From: Lepidodermella squamata
Taxonomy: Eukaryota > Animalia > Gastrotricha
Reading direction: 5' to 3'
DNA: 64,000 bases
Assembly (NCBI GenBank): GCA_047495785.1
Contig: JBLDXI010000042.1
Location: forward strand, 4,712,001-4,776,000
Part shown: one piece after another, positions 11,701 to 19,872 of the stretch
Numbering within the stretch: the stretch's first letter is position 1
Layout of the letters: every line of letters begins with the position of its first letter
The notes under the pieces: model-generated
Databases searched by the model: none
The model's input: the letters and a program-made list of their open reading frames with translations, nothing else
Told to the model about the DNA's origin: nothing
Program-made: the position numbers and the translations under genes

Positions 11701-14700
11701 AATTTACTTTCAGTGATTCTTTGAATGAGAGCTTTAGACACATTTCTGGTTCAATAAATCACCAGGCTGATGGATGATTGCTTCATGGTAACCTTAAACA
11801 GGGCATCAATTACTGATCTTGTACATTTGTAGATAAAAATGAATCATCCCAATATCTCGATATGATTAATGGTTCTTGTTTTTAGTGTTCATTCCCCACA
11901 CCACGTGGGTGTGGGGGTGAGCCGAATCCCGGCGGTACTGCAATACCGGGCCGACTCGTGGACGGGGTCCAGCAAGCTGGCGACACCCGCCCTGATGGCC
12001 AAAAATCAGGCTAATATCGAAGCCCCCACTTGGAGGGCGTTGTAGATATTAAACTACAAAGAACAGATACTACACTTTGATCATAGCCAAAAAGGCCGAG
12101 AAGCGATAACCTGAAAGTGGCACCGGTCAAATCGCCGCGTTCTGGGATGAGAAGATAATAGGGTAATCATATCGTTTGAATAGGAATAGAACATCAATGA
12201 GAGATCTAGGATCGAAAATTGGCCATGGGACCAAAGCGAGACGAACCCATTGCTTCAAAAGATGCATATATATTAGGAAATCAAATCAACCAAAAATGGG
12301 ATTAAGGAAACTATAGGATTCTTCATTTAGAGGGTTCGAATCCTGATGGCCGATTGGGTCTTTTTCATTGATCCTTACTCTTGATCGACTTCAATAACCT
12401 AATTTGACTGAGTCTTCTGTTGTAATTCACCTTAGAGTGCGGCGATTTGACCGGTGCCACTTTCAGGCTATCGCTTCTCGGCCTTTTTGGCTATGATCAA
12501 AGTGTAGTATCTGTTCTTTGTAGTTTAATATCTACAACGCCCTCCAAGTGGGGGCTTCGATATTAGCCCGATTTTTGGCCTCCCGGGCGGGTGTCGCCAG
12601 CTTGCTGGACCCCGTCCACGAGTCGGCCCGGTATTGCAGTACCGCCGGGGTTCGGCTCACCCCCACACCCAAGTGGTGGGGGAATGAACACTAAAAACAA
12701 AGTACCTCCCAGAAACCTAATCTTGCAGTTTCACTCAATGTTGACTGCTTTAATTCCTGAGAAACAAATAGGCCATTGGCCGATTGAAAAAGCGTGACAA
12801 TTTTACAGCAGATCAGAAGATTAGCAGCCTGTGCTGATAGCTGATAGATGATGAATCATCAGATCGTGGGATTAAATTTAGATCAGAAATCAAATGCATC
12901 AAGCAGGAGTAAACTTGCTAATCTGAAAAGGATTCAACTTAGGGAATTTCTAATCTGAATGTGAATCTGAATCTGATCCATGCTGAATTTTTTGTTACAG
13001 AGGTAAATGACCGGAATTTCAAAGATCAACCAACAAGTTTCTACAGAACTCAGTGAAATTCAACTGGGAAATCTTCTCAGTTTGGGCAAGCTCACTCGAA
13101 TTGACCTTTTATTGATTACTGCTCCACTTTGGAAAATTGACCTGAGTGATTACGCTTGGGATCATTAGTCACCCAGCTGCTATGCCCGAGTGGTTAAGGG
13201 GTCTGACTTGAAATCAGATGCGGTCTCCGCGCGTAGGTTCAAATCCTACTGGCAGCGAATCACTTTTTACTAATTCAAATTTCTAATCGAGGCATTATCA
13301 CTCGAAGATTCATATTCTGGGATCCTAATCTCCTTATTTTAATGTCATTGCCTCGTTCACCTTACTCAAGTGTTCTAGAACTTTAATCTATTTAATTCAT
13401 TTCTATTGGCCCGATATTAAAACTTGGAGTTAGTCTATATAATTCATATCATAAATAATCATGAAAACAAAGTTCATTGATTTACGCCACAAAACTTACT
13501 CGTCATACGGATCGTCGTTAATTGGCCTCACAATCGATGAATAGTAGCATCCAATCAGCGAACTGATCAATTTATGCACCGTACACAGCCGGATATTGCC
13601 ATGGCTAAGCTCGCGTTGCAAGGTCGAATCCAAGCCTCGAGCCGCTATTCTCAACCTCCGATGCAAATGGTTAGCATCCGGCGTGTTCCTATTCGAATCG
13701 GCCAGCACTTCTTTGTAGAGCCGCCTCAACATTCCAACCGTCAACAAATCGTTGATTACGATCCCGTTCGATAGCGATACATTGAGAAATTCAACTCGGT
13801 CTTTGACTATAGCTTCGAAAATGATATCAGCCACTGAACTTGAATCAAAAGATTCATTTTGATTGGCGAAAATATTTTTCTCAGCGATATCGGACCGGTT
13901 CCACGTCAAAGCGAGCCTTAATTGTTCCTTCAAATCTTCCACAGTTTTTGTTTCTAAAAAAAAATTCGGAAAATCATTAAAATTTTTTATTTGGAACAGC
14001 CAAAAGTAGAAATTGAAAATTTTCGGTTTCGGAATAAAACTTGTGAAACTTCAAATGAATACGAAAATTTTAAAATTGTTTTGTTTTTACAAGATTGAAA
14101 AAAATTTGAAATTAAATTTTTGAAAAAGCCTTCTCACGTTTTTTATTAGCAAGGGCTGCTAAAATCGCGTAATCGAAGTCCTCCTTATCCGAGACGCAAT
14201 CGAAGGCGGTTAACAGTCGCGAATCAACACAGCAAGCCTTGACATCGACTACAATTTGATCTATCCGCTCATTGCAATACTTGAGTAGCGCAAAGGGCAA
14301 GTTGTTCAGGTAGAGAAGTCGGGGCAACACGTCAGTTTTCATGTCCTTGTAAGCTTGTTTCACTTTGAGCAATTTATCGCCGTCCTGGTCGTTAGCTGCA
14401 ATTGGCTGGTCGAAGAATTTTTGCAAAAATTTCTCATAATAAGACCGGTAAATTTTGTCACGGAGTTGCTTTAGCGCAAAATCGCTGAAAGTGCTGAAAA
14501 ATTGAAAATTTGAAATTAGATTCCTAATAACAAAAATGAAATATTTTCTTACATTTCAGACCCATTTCGAATGCAGTTTTGAATAGCATAAGCTAAAATA
14601 TCCGCAGCTCGGCCGGTTCCAGCGCAAGAAACCACCGGAATGCCAGCTTTTATCGACTGGGCACAACCTTTTATAGAATCATCACCGCCCTCGACTAGAA

Positions 14701-17700
14701 CGACAACAACCGGAATTCCGAAGTAGTCACCGTCAATATTGGCCGCTTTTTTCTTAGCTGAAACTAGATTCTCGAGCTTAGCCCGAAAATCGCCGACTTT
14801 TGGGTCGAACGTGTTTCGAGTGCCGTTGTCGATGAGTAAATAATGCGTATGATGGGGGTTGAGGCTAAGCGTGGAGCCGTGCTCGATTATGGTCGAAGGT
14901 TGATAGTCGAAAACACCGCCGAGCTGTTTATTCGGCATGTAATCTTGAGCCGCTTCAAAATTGTTGTTCGATTCAACGCCACCTAAATAAAATAAAAAAA
15001 TTAGAGAAAGGAAATTCAAAATTTATTTTATTTTTCAATCTTGAATTTAAATTTGCTACTACCTTAAAAATTTCGATTTTATTATTGAAATCTAAAATTT
15101 TGAATTTTGAATTTAAAATTTGAATTTTGAAATTGTTTGTTTGTTCACTAAAATTTTTCAATTCGAAAATTACTTAAAAATACTGGCAATTTGAGAAAAA
15201 AAATATGTTCAATTTAAATGGAATAAAATTATGATTGAACTTCAAATACAAATCCAAAATTTCTAAAATGGGAAAATACCAATTGGAGCTGTTTGCGCCA
15301 ATCCATTTCTGGCCCGATTCAAACGCCGCATTCTGCCCTCTTCGGCTATGAGCTTTTCACGATTTTTCACGTAGCCCCAGGGTGCGATTCCAATGCACCG
15401 AACGGCCTCTCTCGGCTGGCCATTTTCATCGAATGTGACACCCTGCCATTCAGCAACCGCATCACCGACCAATTTCATGACCCCGGCATTGAAACCGCCA
15501 GTTATGATCCACGCATTGGTCGACTTGGCCGCCATGATTAAGCCAGATTTGAAAGTTTCACTTATTTTCGAGTCCATTTTCAAATTTTTCGCACCGCCTA
15601 GAATTGATATGACTAAACTTGGCTTCGGCGTGAATAGGGACCAGTGCTTTTTGAATAGGTCCAACACAACGCCCATGTCTGTATCGTCGGATATTCTGAT
15701 AAAGTCTGATATCCTTCGAACGCCTTCTTCCTGGAGAAATCGAATTTTCCCAGCGGCGTTTGTTGGCAATTTGTCTATTGCAACTTTTGCTTCCCATTTT
15801 TCGGCCGGGGCTAGATGGGCTGGCTTTTGTTGCGGGATTTGAGCATCTTCCAAGGTGGTTGGCAAACTATTCTTGCCGTTGTTTTGCTGCTGCGATTTAC
15901 TTCTGTGAAGCTCGTAGTAGTGATTTTCCAAAGTTTCTCCGCAATGACACCTGAAAAATTCAAATTAGCTTCAGAATTATAAATTTGATCATCAGTTATG
16001 AAGAATCTCCAGTGTAATCCTTAATCTTGGAAAAAGCTTCCGTGGGTTCTGTTAAGGAGATAAATGAATAGCAAAAATGATTCGCTGCCAGTAGGATTTG
16101 AACCTACGCGCGGAGACCGCATCTGATTTCAAGTCAGACCCCTTAACCACTCGGGCATAGCAGCTGGGTGACTAATGATCTCAAATCTAAATAATTCAAT
16201 TTAGCGATTAGGTCATCAGTCAAGAACATGTAAACTGGCCCAAGGATCATATTATACCTACTAATCATTAGCATAGCAGTATCAGTGTGAAGCTGATATA
16301 ATATTGCTGGCTGGTATTCATAAATTGGCAATCCAAGGGAAACATCGATAAGATTATCAGCATTCAGATTTAAAATTTCCTCGATATAGATCCCTTACTA
16401 GGATAAATTGTAAAACTTTGAAGGGGACCTGAGTTATGATCTAAATTTAATCCAACGATCAAATGATTCATCATCTATCAGCTATCAGCTTTGCCGGCTA
16501 GTTTCATTTTCAGCGTGAAAACGTCATGTTTTCACTCCACGGATGGCTGATTGCTTCTCCGATAAAGCAGTCTACAATGAGTCAAGCTGCCAAATCAGAT
16601 TCGAGGAAGATATTTGTATTTAGTGTTCATTCCCCACACCACGTGGGTGTGGGGGTGAGCCGAATCCCGGCGGTACTGCAATACCGGGCCGACTCGTGGA
16701 CGGGGTCCAGCAAGCTGGCGACACCCGCCCGGGAGGCCAAAAATCGGGCTAATATCGAAGCCCCCACTTGGAGGGCGTTGTAGATATTAAACTACAAAGA
16801 ACAGATACTACACTTTGATCATAGCCAAAAAGGCCGAGAAGCGATAGCCTGAAAGTGGCACCGGTCGTCTCGCCGCATTCTGGGATGAGAAGATAATGGG
16901 ATATTCGTATCGTTTGAATAGGAACAGAACATCAATGAGAGATCTAGGATCGAAAATTGGCATTGAGGCAGGAACGAGACGAACTCATCGTTTCAAAAGA
17001 TCCATGAAATTGCATGTATATTAGGAAATCAAATCAAGCAATAATAGGATTAAGGAAACTATAGGATTCTTCATTTAGAGGGTTCGAACCCTAATTGCCG
17101 CCTGGATCTTTTTTCATAGATCCTTACTCTTGATCGATTTTTATAAGCAAATTTGACTGAGGTTACTATTGGAATTCACCCCAGAATGCGGCGAGACGAC
17201 CGGTGCCACTTTCAGGCTATCGCTTCTCGGCCTTTTTGGCTATGATCAAAGTGTAGTATCTGTTCTTTGTAGTTTAATATCTACAACGCCCTCCAAGTGG
17301 GGGCTTCGATATTAGCCTGATTTTTGGCCATCAGGGCGGGTGTCGCCAGCTTGCTGGACCCCGTCCACGAGTCGGCCCGGTATTGCAGTACCGCCGGGAC
17401 TCGGCTCACCCCCACACCCACGTGGTGTGGGGAATGAACACTAAAAACAATAATCATTCGAGTCCCCCGCCACTCACCAGCCCTTTGCTGATGTTTACAA
17501 TCCCACGTCGAAGCAGCAAAATAAGATCAGTCATCGATCAAATACTAAGTGCTGAATCATTAAAAACATTATTACTTACTTGGCACTTTGCTTCCCATTA
17601 TCGTGAGCTTTCTTGTCTTTCGATGGCTCTTTCAGAACCGGCATCAGACACTCCTTCATCTGAACCTCGTTCTTCTGAAGAAACTTGGCCAACTTCTCCA

Positions 17701-17725
17701 CATCATGCTTCGTGTTCATCGTCAT
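8725..17725 (-). CDS. TRPM-family (melastatin-like) cation channel, ~10 exons: 17725-17580, 15950-~15279, ~14982-14553, ~14483-14136, ~13954-13500, 11584-~10567, ~10087-10042, ~9981-9688, ~9598-9252, ~9054-8725
   Basis: Exon 1/2 junction gives MKEC...KCHCG...H; MHR/SLOG motifs PSLVISILGGAKN, AWIITGGFNAGVMKLVGDA, CIGIAPWG, LNPHHTHYLLIDNG, IPVVVVLVEGG; LRLALTWNRSDIA; FYRAPVTKF; LGPKLVMIRKM; NLLIA; TRP-box-like WKYNFF; C-terminal coiled coil; no NUDT9-H or kinase domain seen. Confidence 0.9.
11916..12107 (-). ncRNA. U2: U2 snRNA, copy A (variant 1)
   Basis: Reverse complement reads ATCGCTTCTCGGCCTTTTTGGCTATGATCAAAGTGTAGTATCTGTTCT..., with branch-pairing GTAGTA, stem IIa TTGTAG/CTACAA, Sm site GATTTTTGG and stem-loop IV loop TATTGCAGTAC. 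Confidence 0.97.
12108..12469. promoter_or_regulatory. Bidirectional snRNA promoter spacer of U2 pair 1
   Basis: PSE-like TCAYCYYAGARYGCGGCG at about -43 from both U2 starts; B-box consensus GGTTCGAATCC at 12333-12343. Confidence 0.65.
12470..12661 (+). ncRNA. U2: U2 snRNA, copy B (variant 2)
   Basis: Same U2 hallmarks on the + strand; divergent from copy A across a ~360-bp spacer. Confidence 0.97.
13176..13257 (+). tRNA. tRNA-Ser(TGA)
   Basis: 82-nt cloverleaf GCTGCTA...TGGCAGC-G; D-loop GAGTGGTTAAG; anticodon arm TCTGA-CTTGAAA-TCAGA; long variable arm; GGTTCAAATCC; T-run terminator downstream. Confidence 0.96.
16083..16164 (-). tRNA. tRNA-Ser(TGA), identical inverted copy
   Basis: Reverse complement of 13176-13257, with shared flanks (GATCATTAGTCACCCA upstream). 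Confidence 0.96.
16654..16845 (-). ncRNA. U2: U2 snRNA, copy C (variant 2)
   Basis: U2 hallmarks; Sm-flanking sequence GCCCGATTTTTGGCCTCCCGGGC, as in copy B. Confidence 0.97.
16846..17218. promoter_or_regulatory. Bidirectional snRNA promoter spacer of U2 pair 2
   Basis: Homologous to 12108-12469 in direct orientation; PSE-like motifs at about -43; B-box GGTTCGAACCC at 17081-17091. Confidence 0.65.
17219..17410 (+). ncRNA. U2: U2 snRNA, copy D (variant 1)
   Basis: U2 hallmarks; Sm-flanking sequence GCCTGATTTTTGGCCATCAGGGC, as in copy A. Confidence 0.97.
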
Positions 17726-17892
17726 TTTGGTCTAAGAATTACTAAACGAATAGAACACCAAAACATAAAGAATATGTCGTAATTTTATCAAAATTTTAGA
17801 ATAATACTCTGGAAGCAGCTCAAGTTATAGGAAGATTTGTGATGAAAAAGCTCAACATGATATCACAGTGCATTGGCATATAAAATGAAAGA

Positions 17893-19755
17893 CTAGCTCG
17901 ATTCCAACAAAGCAGAACATTTCACGGCTAGTTCATCAGTCGGAAATTTGTGATCTGTTCTCAAAACTGAGTCGTAAAGTTCAACATTCGCAATATCGTA
18001 ATGCGCTTCACTCGCTAACTGCCGCTCGAATTCCGTCTCATCCGATAGGCGGCCAACGGCTCGTCTCGCTAACCAAATTCCAGTCAGCGGGGCAACGTTA
18101 AATTGCGAAAATCCAGTCGAATTTATCTTAAAATCAGTCGATTCAACAATGGCAAATTTTTCGCTGTTATTCGCACATTTTCCGTGGATTCTCAGCGAAT
18201 AAGCCCCAGCGTCGACTGAAATTGAGACATAATTCCAGCTAAACGGCTCGATTTCAGCCTGGGAGCTTTCAATGCCCTGTTGAGTTAACAGCAAACTTTT
18301 CCCGCCTATTGTCTCTAGATTCATCACTTGATTAGCCGGATCGCCGTATTCGATTGATAAAACAATCGCGCGACGATTTTTTCGGAATCGAACTTGCGTA
18401 TTGATTTCGTGAAGTCGAAGCCAAAAAATGAGTGAAAACTGGCGAAATGTAACTTCAGGCAGCATTGGTAAATAAACGTGATCACCGCCTCGAAATGACA
18501 TGAAATTTTTGTTGATTTCAAGGTCTTTCTGAACTAAATCATAGCTATTCAACGGGCTCAAAATGCCATGCATCCGATTTCCGGATGAATCGGGTATTTT
18601 CGGTAGAATTTCCAAACTCAAATCTTGCATGGTCCATTTCCCAACCAGCCCTTTAGCTCTTTTGGAAGAATCTTTGTAGATAGGCTCGCAATTTTTAAGC
18701 TCCTCATCGTACCACTTCCCAGCTCCATCTTCGTCCAGCGTAAAATTTCGTAGTTTACAAAATAAACCGGTGCTAAGCCGCCAAATTTTTTCGGTAGTCA
18801 AATTTCTCAGGTAAGTTTTCCCCGTTAAACTAGCCCACATGTGAGTCATTAAATTCGTTTTGTAGTCGTAATTTCTGTCGTAATAAGCCTCCTTCAATCC
18901 TTCGTGTTCATAGTAAGGCTTCATCGTGTCTTGAAAAGCGATAATTTCCGCCGCATCTGGGTATTGGTATTGTAGAGATCGAGGTAATTGATGGAAAAAT
19001 TGCTCCAAATTAGTTTCGTCAAACATAAAATTCAGCTGTTCCATCCAATGCGCGAGAAAGGAAGACGATTTGTTAGCCATAATAAACGACATTGAAAGCC
19101 CGTTCCGGGCATTTTCGCCACTTTGAGCCATAGCAAAATCCTTTTCGAAAAGATCGCCCAAATCGCGTAGAATAATCAAATCGAGATCCAGAAAAACCCC
19201 GCCGAGTTTTTGCAGCGTTTGAAGCTTGAAAATTCCTGTCCGAGCTCTGTAATGTACAAGTGGGCGATTGGTGTTTGCAATATTTGGCAATTTGTCGATT
19301 TTTGTTGGTTTATCGACCAACTTCAGAGCTTTTTCAAACCAGAAACCACTTGGTTTATAATAGTAATACAGGTATATCGACTCGGGCTTTAGGATCATTT
19401 TAGCCGATTTGATAGCTAAATACTGATAGAATTCAAAATTGTAAGAAGTTTCATTCGCGTGAGCTGAATCTAGCCCCGTGACGAAATGAACTATTCGAGG
19501 TATTTGAGTTTTCCGTTTTGCAGTTGTCGTTTCTGGCTGAGCAGTTGTAGTTGTAGCTTCTGTTTCAGATTCCACTGTCCTTGTTTCATGTAAAGCATTT
19601 GTGATTGAAGCACCCGTGGTTTTCGTCACGAATTTCGGTTTCGGGGATGAATCCACCTCAACGTTTCCACCTGGAAGATAGCTTCGCCAAATCGCCAGCA
19701 ATAAGACGATATTGATGCATACCAGAGCAAGTATTTTCTTTTGATTAGGATGCAT
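17893..19755 (-). CDS. Type II membrane DXD glycosyltransferase (GT32-like) with a C-terminal LamG/ConA-like domain; intronless
   Basis: N-terminal TM helix; Thr-rich stem; IPRIVHF...YLAIKSA; LGGVFLDLD; HMW; C-terminal LVGKWTM...DSSGNRMHG and WNYVSISVD (LamG-like). Confidence 0.75.
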   Translation of the reverse strand: MHPNQKKILALVCINIVLLLAIWRSYLPGGNVEVDSSPKPKFVTKTTGASITNALHETRTVESETEATTTTAQPETTTAKRKTQIPRIVHFVTGLDSAHANETSYNFEFYQYLAIKSAKMILKPESIYLYYYYKPSGFWFEKALKLVDKPTKIDKLPNIANTNRPLVHYRARTGIFKLQTLQKLGGVFLDLDLIILRDLGDLFEKDFAMAQSGENARNGLSMSFIMANKSSSFLAHWMEQLNFMFDETNLEQFFHQLPRSLQYQYPDAAEIIAFQDTMKPYYEHEGLKEAYYDRNYDYKTNLMTHMWASLTGKTYLRNLTTEKIWRLSTGLFCKLRNFTLDEDGAGKWYDEELKNCEPIYKDSSKRAKGLVGKWTMQDLSLEILPKIPDSSGNRMHGILSPLNSYDLVQKDLEINKNFMSFRGGDHVYLPMLPEVTFRQFSLIFWLRLHEINTQVRFRKNRRAIVLSIEYGDPANQVMNLETIGGKSLLLTQQGIESSQAEIEPFSWNYVSISVDAGAYSLRIHGKCANNSEKFAIVESTDFKINSTGFSQFNVAPLTGIWLARRAVGRLSDETEFERQLASEAHYDIANVELYDSVLRTDHKFPTDELAVKCSALLESS

Positions 19756-19872
19756 CCAGATTGTAAAACCCTAAGAATATAAAAAAATACATTGAATGAT
19801 AATTTATTCACTTTAATATTATTATATCGCAGAACAATAGCTATAAATTTATTCAAGTTATGTGTTGTCATC

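Noticed and set aside
11880-12700. Long inverted repeats first looked like a foldback transposon or MITE
   Set aside because: The arms are complete U2 snRNA genes with PSE-like promoters; no TSD or transposase is evident.
16526-16783. ORFs over the U2 copies (also 12591-12797 and 17383-17745)
   Set aside because: Chance translations of snRNA sequence or of the antisense strand of TRPM exon 1.
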